A program made the translations under genes and the position numbers. From contig JASTWF010000034.1 of NCBI GenBank assembly GCA_030390025.1, forward strand, positions 1,922,001 through 1,986,000: a stretch of DNA of 64,000 nt, in the 5' to 3' direction. Positions 1 to 13,580 of this stretch are shown in pieces; the stretch's first letter is position 1, and each line of letters begins with the position of its first letter. The notes beneath the pieces are model-generated. The model had not been told where the DNA came from, made no database searches, and worked only from the letters and a program-made list of their open reading frames with translations. Origin of the DNA: Squalus acanthias. Taxonomy: Eukaryota.

Positions 1-1320
1 TGTGTGGGCCTCATTACCACACCGAATGAGAACAACTGACACACATCAGACCGGGAATGAAGCTTGGACACTCCCTTCTCTGTGTGTGGGCCTCAGTACA
101 TCACCGACTGTAAACATTTAACACACCACAGGCCGGGAATGGAGCCTGGGCCCTCACTTCACTGTGTTTCGGGCTCAGTACCTCAGCGAATGAGAACAAA
201 TGACACACCACAAGCCGGGAATGAAGCTTGGACACTTTCTGCTGTGTGTGTGCCTCAGTACCTCAGCGAATGAAAGCAATTGATATACCACAGGTCGGGA
301 TTGGCGCCTGGGCCCTTCCTTCTTTGTGTGTGGGGCTCAGTACCACACCGACTGTGAACAAATGACACACCGCAGGCCGGGTATGGAGCCTCACCCCTTC
401 CTTCTCCGTGTGTGGGCCTCAATACCTCACCGACTCTGAACAACTGACATCCTACAGGCCGAGAATGGAGCCTGATCCCACCCTTCTCTGTGTGTGGGCC
501 TCATTACCATACCGAATGAGAACAACTGACAAACTACAGGCCGGGAATTGATCCTGAGCCCTTCCTTCTCTGTGTGTGGGCCTCATTACCATACCGAATG
601 AGAACAACTGACAAACTACAGGCCGGGAATTGATCCTGAGCCCTTCCTTCTCTGTGTGTGGGCCTCATTACCATACCGAATGAGAACAACTGACATCCTG
701 CAGGTCGAGAATGGAGCCTGATCCCACCCTTCTCTGTGTGTGGGCCTCATTACCATACCGAATGAGAACAACTGACAAACTACAGGCCGGGAATTGATCC
801 TGAGCCCTTCCTTCTCTGTGTGTGGGCCTCATTACCATACCGAATGAGAACAACTGACATCCTGCAGGTCGAGAATGGAGCCTGGTCCCTCCCTTCTCTG
901 TGTGTGGGCCTCAATACCTCACCGACTCTGAACAACTGACATCCTACAGGCCGAGACTGGAGCCTGATCCCACCCTTCTCTGTGTGTGGGCCTCATTACC
1001 ATACCGAATGAGAACAACTGACAAACTACAGGCCGGGAATGTAACCTGAGCCCTTCCTTCTCTGTGTGTGGGCCTCAGTACCTCACCGACTCTGAACAAC
1101 TGACATCCTACAGGCCGAGAATGGAGCCTGATCCCACCCTTCTCTGTGTGTGGGCCTCAGTACCATACCGAATGAGAACAACTGACATCCTGCAGGCCGG
1201 GTATGGAGCCTGGTCCCTTCCTTCTCTGTGTGTGGGCCTCAGTACCTCACCGACTCTGAAGAACTGACATCCTGCAGGCCGAGACAGATGCTGATCCCAC
1301 CCTTCTCTCTGTGTGGATCT
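1..1320. repeat. 82-bp tandem satellite (~16 units, runs off the left edge)
   Basis: TGTGTGGGCCTCA(T/G)TACC recurs at 1, 83, 491, 573 and 655 (period 82). The ORFs here are repeat translations. Confidence 0.9.
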
Positions 1321-2130
1321 CAGTTGTCGATTAGCTCATTAGTTCTAATTCCCTTCTCTTTCCTATAGCTCTGTAATGTTTTTCATCCCGGTAGTTGTCT
1401 TTCTCCCTTTTGAAACTTACTATTGAATCTGCTTCCGCCACCCCTTCAGGCAGGGCAAACCAGATCACAGCAACTCGCTGTTTAAAAAATGTGGCCTAAC
1501 GTCACTTCTGGTTCTTTTGCAATTACCTTAAATCTTGGTTCTCTGGTTACCGACCCTTCAGTCACTGCAAACAGTTTCTCGTTATATACAATATCAAACC
1601 ATTCATGATTTTGAACACCTCTGTCATATCCTCTCTTATCTTCCTCTGCTCGAAGGAGAACAACCCCAACTTCTCCAGTCGCTCCAGATAACAGAAGCCC
1701 CTCAGCCCTGGTACCAGTCTGGTAAATCTGCTCTTAGCCTTCTCTGCTCTAAAGAGAATAACCCCAACTTCACCAGTCTCTCCAGATAACAGAATTCCCT
1801 CATCCCTGGTACCATTCTGGTAAATCTGCTCTTAGCCTTCTCTGCTCGAAGGAGAACAACCCCAACTTCACCAGTCTCTCCAGATAACAGAAGCCCCTCA
1901 TCCCTGGCAGCATTCTGGTAAATCTGCTCTTAGCCTTCTCTGCTCTAAGGGGAACAACCCCAGCTTCTCCAGTCTCTCCAGATAACAGAAGCCCCTCATC
2001 CCTCGTACCATTCTGGTAAATCTGCTCTTAGCCTTCTCTGCTCGAAGGAGAACAACCCCAACTTCACCAGTCTCTCCAGATAACAGAAGCCCCTCAGCCC
2101 TGGCACCATTCTGGTAAATCTCTTCTGTTC
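1320..2130 (-). mobile_element. CR1 LINE 3' fragment with an internal 98-bp tandem amplification (~5 units)
   Basis: The minus strand reads like CR1 ORF2 C-terminus (FTRMVPGMRG..LERLEKLGLFSLEQRR). TCTCTGCT recurs at 1741, 1839, 1937 and 2035. Confidence 0.8.
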
Positions 2131-2393
2131 ATTCTGCACTCTCATAATTAATTAAAATGAAATATTTATAAGGAAAAGCACGCACAGAATAAAAAAGGAG
2201 AAATAAATAAATACTGAGCAAGGTGTTTGGAAGGTGAAAAGAACGGGCTCTCTCGTGCTTGTGTGGGTCGTTTTACTGATAAAGCTGGTTCATGGAGAGG
2301 AAGCTGGTTCATGGGTTGTAGAAGAAGACGAGCCCCTGGGGCAAAGTCAACATCTGCCGCCCTACAACAGGCAGGGAGGGAGGATTGTGATAA

Positions 2394-2467
2394 GACCGGC
2401 TAGCTCAGTCACAAGAGAATGAACCTCTTATTCCCAGAGTCGTGGGATTTAAACCCCCCGTTGGGCG
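2394..2467 (+). pseudogene. tRNA-Lys(CTT)-derived pseudogene
   Basis: GACCGGCTAGCTCAGTC...CTCTTA...GAGTCGTGGGATTTAAACCCCCCGTTGGGCG aligns end to end with vertebrate tRNA-Lys-CTT (GCCCGGCTAGCTCAGTCGG...GGGTCGTGGGTTCGAGCCCCACGTTGGGCG). D-loop and B box are mutated. Confidence 0.8.
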
Positions 2468-3934
2468 GTTTGTGCTTTGAATTTTTAGGCTGATTTCACC
2501 GGCGATCTCCAGCTCTGAATTCCTGGGCAAAGAGTGCAAGCAGTGTTTGATATAAATGTGATTTAGCAGCAATATCTGGAAGTCTCTCTCTGATTGGGGA
2601 CTCTTTCCAACATCTCGCTGCTTAAGATTGAAAGTTATTGAATTTCTGCTGCAGCTCGGGCTCATTTCGCCTCAGAGGAACTTTGAGCCGTCTCTCCCTT
2701 CACAGCCCATCGGTGCCAAGAAATTGTATTGTGTACAGAACTGGTCTCCTTACCTAAGGACGGATATACTTACTTTGGAAAATTCATCAAATCGAAAAGA
2801 ATTCCAGGAATCATTAAAATAATCTGAACCGATCCGATATGAAACGATTATATAACATGTATAGAAAATTTTTAAACCCACGTTGAATTTTATTCATAGT
2901 CGTTACGATGTGATTTCCATTACTGCGATTGGTGGCACCTCATTAAGCCACAGGTACACAGTGGAGAAACTATTTCCCTGTTCTGTATTACCTGACACTG
3001 AGCTGGCACTGTTCCAGCAGAAAGGGCACTCCCTGCAGTTCACTTAGTCATGGGTTTAAATCTTTGTCCATTTTCTCCTTAATGAAGACTGAAGTTGGGA
3101 TAAGTTCTCAGTCCCCGAGACATTACTTTTAAACAGCAGATTTATGAGAAGCAGGAACTTTTTGCCCACTGCTGGGAATCGAATCTTCATGACTGAGCCT
3201 GACTCCCGCAGTTAAACAGGTCAGTTGTCCTGTCTTCGTGTGGTCAACATCTCTTAGAGTTGTCCAATCAGGGAGTTTGATGATTGAAGTGATGTTGATT
3301 GGATTATTAGATTGCTCTGCGTGTTCATCTTCAATATCTCTGTTTAAATATATTCTGCTCTATTATAACCATGAGTGGAAATAAAGTCTCACGCTGCTGT
3401 GCCCACCTGACCGGCACTAATAGGATAATGTAACCCGATATCTCAGTGCAGGTTTCCTTTGTGTGCAAATCAGGCTTCCAGTCAAGCGAGCAACAGCTGT
3501 TCCAACAACAACAGAACTCACCGTTTCTCACAGAAAATGCGAGCAGATTTGGTCATTATTAGGATTGAAGATGATTTCTACCTTATGCCGTCAACCTATG
3601 TGGTCAGTGAGTGTTTCTGGACAGTTCCTAACTGTGTAAATATGTATCCCACGGTATGACCGCTTCTCTCCTGCCTTTTGAGGTTTCAGCCCCATTGTTC
3701 TGAGCTGTTTCTTACACAGGCGGCTGTTTACTGAGCTCAGTGCTGAGAAAGTTGTGCTTTTACCTTTTACTATTTATTCCACGTGATCGCTTTATTCAGA
3801 CAAGAATATTCTTTGAAACTCCAACATCAGTAATGTAACCGGGTTAATGATTGCATCCCACATATAATGATTTCTGAATCAGGCCGAGCGCTGGCATCAT
3901 TTTCGGGTGAAAGTTTACTTTAGGAACATAAGAA

Positions 3935-5017
3935 TGTTAGATCAGAATTGGGACTTTTTCACAGGGGCCCACTTCTGACACCGGGACTAATTAAAGTCCT
4001 AAGAGGTCACCCCTGCTCCGGGTTTTACACAGGGGCCCACTTCTGACACCGGGACTAATTAAAGTCCTAAGAGGTCACCCCTGCTCCCGGCATCCCAATT
4101 ACTCACCAACGGGCCTAACTGTTACATCGAATTTGGAGCAAAACCAGACGGAGACGGAACTGAAGACAAAGTAAAAGTTTATTAGAAACTAGCCAGAAGG
4201 CTTTGTGCACAAAGGGAGAGAGGTTGATCTCCTCAGACTCGAACCTAACTCTCAAAGGAAAAACTACATACAAGCATTGATATACCTTTCGATATGCAAC
4301 ACCCACAGGTTACAAAAGTGGGCGTACACATACAAACAGCGTCGCTACCATTGCTCCCGTATTGGTTAATGATCAGTCACTCAATGTTGGGAGCCGCCCT
4401 GAAATGTTCTGTGACATTAAACATAACACATAATTGTTATACATGGGGCCTTCATCTAGTCTCTGGGAGCGAGGTCTACCAGACTCCATCTTGTCTCTTA
4501 AACAAGGTCGTACCACGCTTATCTCTCCTTTCCCATATTGTTGTATCTGACCAATACTTCGTTAATTCTCGAGAGAAGCTTATTATGATAAACAAGGTCT
4601 GCTCCAAAGGGAGATAAGGTGTTTGAGACCAAGAGAGAAATGGTCGACTCCCTGTACAGTTCAGTTTCCCTTGTCTCTTCAGAAGGCCAACTACATATAA
4701 ACACTGCTTCTGTAGCACTGATAACGACATTCTGAAATGCCTGGAAATCAGTGCTGTGGCACCAATAGTCTGGATTCTTGTTGTAAGCAGCGATTCTTAC
4801 AGTACTATTTAAAAAGGGTTAATATAATGGACAAAATAGTCCATCATGCTTTGCAACTATCTAAAAGCTATATGTACGTGTTGATATCTCCCTATAAGTG
4901 AATTAACTATCCTTTAAACATGATTTCTAATATTACTGCCCTACAGCCTTGGTTAGTATATATTTAAAGACTAGGGGATATAGGTTTCGTTTCACAGGCC
5001 TAATTTGCGATCCCACA
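3935..5017 (-). mobile_element. Solo LTR (1083 bp) related to the 55.2-62.4 kb element
   Basis: TG...CA termini with AGAA TSD (3931-3934, 5018-5021) in a CR1 tail; absent from the other three tandem units. 4120-4390 is clearly homologous to 55248-55520. Confidence 0.88.
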
Positions 5018-5021
5018 AGAA

Positions 5022-6157
5022 CTTAAGAAATAGGAGCAGGAGCAGGCCATTCGGCCCCTCGAGCCTGCTCCACCATTTAATGAGATCTCCACTAATCCGA
5101 TTTTAGGCCTCAACTCCACTTTCCTACCTGTTCCCCATAACTTTTGACTCATCTGTTGCACAAAAATGTGTCTATCTCAGCCTTGAATATATTCAATGTC
5201 TCCGCTTCCACAGCTCTCTGGGGTAAAGAATTCCAAAGATTCCCGACCCTGTGAGAGAAGAAATTCCTCCTTACCTCCATCTTAAATGGGCGACTTCTTA
5301 TTCTGTGACTATGCCCTTTCGTTCTCGATTCCCCCAAGAGGGGAAACATCCTCTCAGCATCTACCCTGTCCAACCCCCTCAGAATCGTATATGTTTCAAT
5401 AAGATCAACACTCATTCTTCTAAACTCCAATGAGAATAGGCCCAACCTGCTAAATCTTGCCTCATAAGATGACAATTCCATCCCAAGAATCAACCTAGTG
5501 AATTATCTTTCAACTGCCTCAAATGCAAGTATCTCCCTCCATAAATAAGGAGACCAAAATAGTACGCAGTACTCTAGGTGTGTCTCACCAGCGCCCTGTA
5601 CAGTTGTAGCAAGACGTCCCTAATGTTATACTCTATCCCTCTTGAAATAAAGGCCAACATGCCATTTTCGTTCCTAATTACTTGCTGTACCTGCATGTTA
5701 ACTTTTTGTGTTTGATGTACGAAGACACCCAAATCCCCCTGTACCGCCGTATTCTGTAGTCTTTCTCCATTTAAATAATATTTTTCTTTTCTATTCTTCC
5801 TACCAAAGTGGATAACTTCACATTTACTCACATTATACTCCATCTGCCAAATTCTTGCCCACTCACTTAAACTATCTAAATCCCTTTGCAGACACTTTAT
5901 GTTTACCTCCCAACTTGCTTTCCCACCTATCTTTGTATTGATTGCAAATTTGGCTACAGTACGCTTGCTTCCTTCATCCAAATCATTAATATTGATTGGA
6001 AATAGTTGAGTCTCCAGCACTGATCCCTGTGGCACCCCACTACTTACAGATTGCCATCCTGAAAATGACCCATTTATACTGACTCTCTGTTTTCTAATAG
6101 TTAGCAAATTCTCTATTCAATCTCATATATTAGCCACAACACCATGAGCTCTTATTA
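5022..6157 (-). mobile_element. CR1 LINE 3' fragment (RT C-terminus plus tail)
   Basis: [27 protein letters not shown] and RNFFSHRV motifs; AAGAAATAGGAGC tail on the plus strand. Confidence 0.92.
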
Positions 6158-6250
6158 GATTTGTTGGGTTTGATGATGTCACTTGTTCAGTTTCTGGGTC
6201 CTGTTTCAGATTCAATGTGTTGGGTTTGGTCAGTCTCCGCTACTGGCTTA

Positions 6251-6325
6251 GGCCTGCCTCGCTGTGTCGCAAGAGCGTGAATCACTTAATTTCAGAGTCG
6301 TGGGTTTTAAGCCCACAGTTGGGAT
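6251..6325 (+). pseudogene. More degenerate tRNA-Lys-like copy (others at ~9816-9889 and ~13616-13689)
   Basis: Same position in the tandem unit and similar to 2394-2467 (CTTAATTTCAGAGTCGTGGGTTTTAAGCCCACAGTTGGG). Confidence 0.65.
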
Positions 6326-8574
6326 GTTTGAGCTTTGAATGTTTCGGCTGATTTCACAGGCGATCCCTAGATTAAAATTCCTGGCAAAGAATTCAAGTTG
6401 TGTTTGATATAAATGAGATTCAACAAAAGTATCAGGAAATCTCTCCCTGATTCGGGCCAATCGCTCGAAACTCGCTGCTAATGATTGAACTTTCTTTCAA
6501 TTCACCCGCAGCTCGGAATTAGTGCGGCTCACTGGAAATTCCGGCTGTCTCTCCCATCACAGCCTATCGGTGCCGAGAAAACATCGGAGAATTTGTACTG
6601 TGTACAGTTTTGTTCTCCTTACCTAAGGTAGGATACACTTCCTTTAGAGAGGATGCAACGAAGGTTCACTAGATTGATTCCTGGGACCAGAGAGCTGTCC
6701 ACTGAGGAGTGATTGAGTAAAATGAGAGTATATGCTCTGGTGTTTAGAAGAGTTAGAGACAAACTCATTGAAACGTATAACATTCTTAGAGGGCATCGAC
6801 TTTCCAACTCAGAGGCGAGTGCGCTCCCACCTGAACCACGGCAGGCACTTGGCGATTGAGGGAACCTCGTGCACTGTGGTCTCTTTCTCACTTTAGAATG
6901 TCTGCCCTCCTACCATTCCTGCTGTCGAGCTTTCCAGTCACTTTCAATTCTCTCGCCCCCGTGGTTACAAAGACTGACGCTACCAGACAGCACCTGTGTT
7001 GACAACGGTTCTCCACAGAATCTCGCGGCCTCTTTATCTGTAGCTTTCCAGCTAGCCTGAATCACACTTTGAGGATTTGGTCAGGCTTCCCAGCAAGCCT
7101 TCTTGAAAAGTCAGTTTAACATTTCCTTTGTGGAATTGATACTTTTAACCAAACTCAGATCCTTTAGCAGTTCAGTAATCCAGGTTTCCTGCCAATCATT
7201 TAGTATCCTTAAAAGTGGTATTGAAATATCCAAAATCCTTGTAGAGGATGCGGATAGAAGAATCCAAAAATTTACAAGCTTTGAGTCCAACATTGAGCAG
7301 ATCCGCTGCAAACAAGGAACAAACCTGCACGGGGGAAACACAGACATCGCCCAACAGTTTAAATTCTAAAATCACCGACACTGCACTGTGTGTTAAATCT
7401 CTGCGATGAATATTGCGCTGCGTTCATGATGTTCAATTTGCTGAAAATTCATCAAATCGAAAAGAATTACAGGAATCATTAAAAAGAATCTAAACCCCTC
7501 CGATATTCAACGTTTATATAACATGTTTAGAAAAGTTGAAAACCCACGTTGCATTTTATTCATAGTCTTTGCGATGTGATTTCAATTACTGCGATTTCTG
7601 GTACCTCTTTAAGCCACAGGTACACAGTGGAGAAACTATTTCCCTGTTCTGTATTACCTGACACTGAGCTGGCACTGTTCCAGCAGAAACGGCACTCCCT
7701 GCAGTTCACTTAGTCATGGGTTTAAATCTTTGTCCATTTTTCCCCTTAATGAAGTAAGTTCCTAGTCCCCGAGATATTACGTTTAAAAGCAGTATTTTGA
7801 GAAGAGGAACTTTTTGCCCACTGCTGGAAATCGAATCTTCATGACTGAGCCTGACTCCCGCCGTTAAACAGGTCAGTTTTCCTGTCTTCGTGTGGTCAAC
7901 ATCTCTTAGAGTTGTCCAATCAGGGAGTTTGATGATTGAAGTGGTATTGATTGGATTATTGGATTGCTCTGCGTGTTCATCTTCAATATCTCTATTTAAA
8001 TATATTCTGCTCTATTGTAACCATGAGTGGAAATAAAGTCTCACTCTGCCGTGCCCACCTGACCCGCACTAATAGGATAATGTAACCCGATATCTCAGTG
8101 CAGGTTTCCTTTGTGTGTAAATCAGGCTTCCAGTCAAGCGAGCAACAGCACCTCCAACAACAACAGAACTCACCGTTTCTCACAGAAAATGCGAGCAGAT
8201 TTGGTCGTTATTAGGATTGAAGATGATTTCTACCTTACGCCATCAACCTATGTGGTCAGTGAGTGTTTCTGGACATTTCCTAACTGTGTAAATATGTATC
8301 CCACGGTATGATCGCTTCTCTCCTGCCTTTTGAGGTTTCAGCCCCATTGTTCTGAGCTGCTTCTTACACAGGCGACTGTTTACTGAGCTCAGTGCTGAGA
8401 AAGTTGTGCTTTAACCTTTTATTATTTATTCCACGTGATCGCTTTATTCAGACAAGAATATTCTTTGAAACTCCAACATCAGTAATGTAACCGAGTTAAT
8501 GATTGCATCCCACATTTTATGATTTCTGAATCAGGCCGAGCGCTGGCATCATCTTCGGGTGAAGGTTTACTTTA

Positions 8575-9720
8575 AGAACATAATAACTTACGAAATCAGA
8601 GCAGGAGGAGTACATTCTGCCCCTCGTGCCTGCTCCGCCATTTATTGAGATCATGGCTAATCCGATTTTGGCCTCAACTCCACTTTCCTGCCTGTTCCCC
8701 ATAACCTTTCACTCTCCTGATGCTCAATTTTTTTTTCGATCTCAGCCTTGAACATATTCAATGACTCAGCTTCCACAGCTCTCTGGAATAAAGAATTACA
8801 AATTTTCACCACCCTCTGAGAGAGGAAATTCTTCCTTATCTCCATCTTAAATGAGTGACCCCTTATTCTGAGACTACATCCCTTTGTTCTAGATTCCCCA
8901 CGAGGGGAAACATCCTCTCAGCATCTACCCTGTCCAACCCCCTCAGAATCTTATATGTTTCAATCACATCACCGCTCATTCTTCTGAACTCCAATGACAA
9001 TAGGCCCAACCTGCTTAACCTTGCCTCATAAGACAACCTTTCCATCTCAAGAATCAACCTAGTGAATGATCTTTGAACTGCCTCCAATGCAAGTATATCC
9101 CTCCTTAAATAAGAAGACCAAAACTGTACGCAATACTCGAGGTGTGGGCTCACCCGCGCCCTGTACAGTTGTAGCACGACGTCCCTAATGTTATACTCTA
9201 TCCCCCTTGAAATAAAGGCCAACATGCCATTTTCCTTCCTAATTACTTGCTGCACCTGCATGTTAACTTTTTGTGTTTCATGTACGAGGATACCCAAATC
9301 CCTCTGTACCGCCACATTCTGAGGTCTTTCTCCATTAAAATAATCTTTTTCTTTTCTATTCTTCCTACCAAAGTGGATAACTTCACATTTTTCCACATTA
9401 TACTCCATCTGCCAAATTCTTGCCCGCTCACTTAAACTATCTAAATCCTGTTGCAGACTCTTTATGTTTACCTCACAACTTGCTTTCCCACCTATCTTTG
9501 TATTGATTGCAAATTTGGCTACAATACACTCGCTTCCTTCATCCAAATCATTAATATAGATTGGAAATAGTTGATGCACCAGCACTGATCCCTGTGGCAC
9601 TACACTAGTTGCAGATTGCCATCCTGAAAATGACCCATTTATCCTGATTCTCTTTTTTCTGTTAGTTAGCCAATTCCCTATTCAATATCATATATTAGCC
9701 ACAACACCATGAGCTCTTAT
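8575..9720 (-). mobile_element. CR1 LINE 3' fragment (tandem unit copy)
   Basis: ORF 8863-9600 has PQGSVL, HLEYCVQFWS and DRVDAERMFPL. Confidence 0.92.
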
Positions 9721-12449
9721 TAGATTTGTTGGCTTAACTGATGGTCACTTGTTCATTTTTTGGTTCTGTGTCAGATTAAATGTGTTGGGTTTGATCTGTC
9801 TCCGCCACTGGTTGAGGCCTGCCTCGCTAAATCGCAAGAGCATGAATCACTTAATTTCAGAGTCGTGGGTTTTAAACCCCCTGTTGGTCTGTTTGAGCTT
9901 TGAGTGTTTCGGCTGATTTCACAGACGATCCCCAGATCCAAATTCCTGGGCAAAGAATTCAAGGTGTGTTTGATATAAATGAGATTCAACAACAGTATCA
10001 GGAAATCTCTCCCTGATCCGGGCCTTTCGCTCGAAACTCGCTGCTAATGATTGAACTTTATTTTAATTCACCCGCAGCTTGGAATTATTGCGGCTCACTG
10101 GGACTTCTGGCTGTCTCTCCCATCACAACCTATCGGTGCCGAGAAAACAACTGAGAATTTGTACCGTGTACAGTTTTGTTCTCCTTACCTAAGGTAGGAT
10201 ATACTTTCTTTAGAGAGGATGCAAAGAAGTTTCACTAGAGTGATTCCTGGGACGAGAGGGCTGTCCCATGAGGAGGGATTGAGTACAATGGGACTATATT
10301 CTCAGGGGTTTAGGAGAATGAGATGCAAACTCATTGAAACGTATGAAATTGTAGAGTCCTTGAACATTCTAATTCAGAGGCAAGTGAGCTCCCAGCTGAG
10401 GCACGGCAGACAGATGGTGCTTCAGACTACCTTTAAGTCAGTGGTACAACTCGAAAATCAGAATGGCCAATTATTCTGCTTTGGGAGACGAAGAGGTTCA
10501 TTACATTTTGATGTCCTCCTTGATGTTTTCCTAATCCCTCTTGATGCTCTCCGAACCTGCACTGCTTGTTAAATCTCTGAAATGAATAATGGGCTCCGTT
10601 CCTGATGTTCAATTTGCTGAAAATTCATCAAATCGAAAAGAATTCCAGGAATCATTAAAATAATCTAAACCCCTCCGATATTTAACGGTTATATAACATG
10701 TTTAGAAAAGTTGTAAACCCACGTTGCATTTTATTCATCGTCTGCCGATCTGCTTGACTGTCTCGTGGGGTGTGGTCTCTTTGTCACCTCAGAATGGCTG
10801 CTCTGATACCATTCCTGCTGACAAAAACAAGCTTTCCAGTCACTTTCAATTATCTCTCCCCCACGGTCACACAGACTGATGCGACCAGACAGCGCCTGCT
10901 GTTGACAACGGTTCCCCACAGTCTCTCGAGGCCTCGTTACCTCTAGCTTTCCAGATAGCCTGAATCACACAATTGGAAATCTGTTCAGGCTTCCCAGCAT
11001 GACGTCTTGCACAGCCAGTTTAACATTTCTTTGTTGGAAATAATACCTTTAACCAAACTCAGCTCGGTTAGCAGTTCAGTAATCCAGGTAATTCTTTAGT
11101 ATCCTTAAAGCGGTATTGAAATGTCCAAAATCCTTCTAGTGGACGCGGATTGAAGAATATAAAAAATTACAAGCATCGAGTCCAACACTGACCAGATCCA
11201 CCTCGAACAAATTTCAAACCTGCACGGGTGAAACACAAACATCGCCCAACAGTTTAAATTCTCAAATCGCCGAACCTGCACTGCTTATTAAATCTCTGAA
11301 ATGAATAATGGGCTCCGTTCCTGATGTTCAATTTGCTGAAAATTCAACAAATCGAAAAGAATTCCAGGAATCATTAAAATAATCTAAACCCCTCCGATAT
11401 TTAACGATTATATAACATGTTTAGAAAAGTTGTAAAACCACGTTGCATTTTATTCATCGTCTTTGCGATGTGATTTCCATTACTGCGATTGGTGGCACCT
11501 CATTAAGCCACAGGTACACAGTGGAGAAACTATTTCCCTGTTCTGTATTACCTAACACTGAGCTGGCACTGTTCCAGCAGAAACGGCACTCCCTGCAGTT
11601 CACTTAGTCATGGGTTTAAATCTTTGTTCATTTTTCTCCTTAATGAAGACTGAAGTTGGGATAAGTTCTCAGTCCCCGTGACATTACTTTTAAACAGCAG
11701 ATTTATGAGAAGCAGGAACTTTTTGCCCACTGTTGGGAATCGAATCTTCATGACTGAGCCTGACTCCCGCAGTTAAACAGGTCAGTTGTCCTGTCTTCGT
11801 GTGGTCAACATCTCTTAGAGTTGTCCAATCAGGGAGTTTGATGATTGAAGTGATGTTGATTGGATTATTAGATTGCTCTGCGTGTTGATCTTCAATATCT
11901 CTATTTAAATATATTCTGCTCTATTGTAACCATGAGGGGAAATAAAGTCTCGCTCTGCTGTGCTCACCTGATCGGTACTAATAGGATAATGTAACCCGAT
12001 ATCTCAGTGCAGGTTTCCTTTGTGTGTAAATCAGGCTTCCAGTCAAGCGAGCAACAGCTGCTCCAACAACAACAGAACTCACCGTTTCTCACAGAAAATG
12101 CGAGCAGATTTGGTCGTTATTCGGATTGAAGATGATTTCTACCTTACGCCGTCAACCTATGTGGTCAGTGAGTATTTCTGGACAGTTCCTAACTGTGTAA
12201 ATATGTATCCCACGGTATGACCGCTTCTCTCCTGCCTTTTGAGGTTTCAGCCCCATTGTTCTGAGCTGCTTCTTACAGAGGCGGCTGTTTACTGAGCTCA
12301 GTGCTGAAACAGTTGTGCTTTTACCTTTTACTATTTATTCTTTGAAACTCCAACATCAGTAATGTAACCGGGTTAATAATTGCATCCCACATTTATTGTT
12401 TTCTGAATCAGGCCGAGCGCTTGCATTCTTTTTGGGAGATGGGTAACTT

Positions 12450-13580
12450 TAAGAATATCAGAAAATAAGAAAAAGGAGCAGGAGCAGACCATTCTGCCCC
12501 TCGATCCTGCTCCGCCATTTAATGAGATCATGGCTAATCCGATTTTGGCCTCAACTCCACTTTCCTGCCTGCTCCCCATAACCTTTGACACCCCTGATGC
12601 TCAAAAATGTTTCTATCTCAGCCTTGAATATATTCCACAGCTCTCTGGGGTAAAGAATTACAAAGTTTCACGAGCCTCTGAGAGAAGACATTATTCCTTA
12701 TCTCCATCTTAAATGAGTGACCCCTTATTCTGAGACTATGTCCCTTTGCTCCAGATTCCCCCACGAGGGAAAACATCCTCTCAGCATCTACCCTGTCCAA
12801 CCCCCTCAGAATCTTATATATTTCAATAACATCACCGCTGATTCTTCTAAACTCCAATGACAATAGGCCCAACCTTCTTAACCTTGCCTCATAAGACAAC
12901 CTTTCCATCCCAAGAATCAACCTCGTGAATGATCTTTGAACTGCCTCCAGTGCAAGTATATCCCTCCTTAAATAAGAAGACCAAAACTGTACGCAATACT
13001 CTAGTTGTGTCTCACCCGCGCCCTGTACAGTTGTAGCAAGACGTCCCTAATTTTATACTCCATCCCCCTTGAAATAAAGGTCAACATGCCATTTTCCTTC
13101 CTAATTACTTGCTGTTCCTGCATGTTAACTTTTTGTGTTTCATGTACGAGGATACCCAAATCCCTCTGTACCGCCGCATTCTGAAGTCTTTATCCATTTA
13201 AATAATATTTTTATTTTCTATTCTTCCTACCAAAGTGGATAACTTCACATTTTCCCACATTATAATCCTTCTCCCAAATTCTTGCCCGCTCACTTAAACT
13301 ATCTAAATCCCTTTGCAGACTCTTTATGTTTACCTCACAAATTGCTTTCCCACCTATCTTTGTATTGTCTGCAAATTTGGCTACAATACACTCGTTTCCT
13401 TCATCCAAATCATTAATATAGATTGGAAATAGTTGAGGCACCAGCACTGATACTGTGGCACCCCACTAGTTGCAGATTGCCATCCTGAAAATGACCCATT
13501 TATCCTGACTCTCTGTTTTCTGTTAGTTAGCCAATTCTCTATTCAATCTCATATATTAGCGCCAACACCATGAGCTCTTA
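12450..13580 (-). mobile_element. CR1 LINE 3' fragment (tandem unit copy)
   Basis: KFADNTKIGG and DRVDAERMF motifs; paralogous to 8575-9720. Confidence 0.92.

Noticed and set aside
2314..2368. GTTGTAG...CTACAAC stem upstream of the tRNA pseudogene as a structured RNA or ribozyme
   Set aside because: Only a 7-bp stem, with no catalytic core motif recognisable.
2956..3000. CACAGTG heptamer after TTACTGCG, suggesting an Ig/TCR V segment with an RSS
   Set aside because: No nonamer at 12- or 23-bp spacing and no V-domain frame upstream.
3459..3659. 66-aa ORF conserved in three tandem units
   Set aside because: Non-ATG start, no recognisable domain and broken in unit 4; conservation reflects the duplication.
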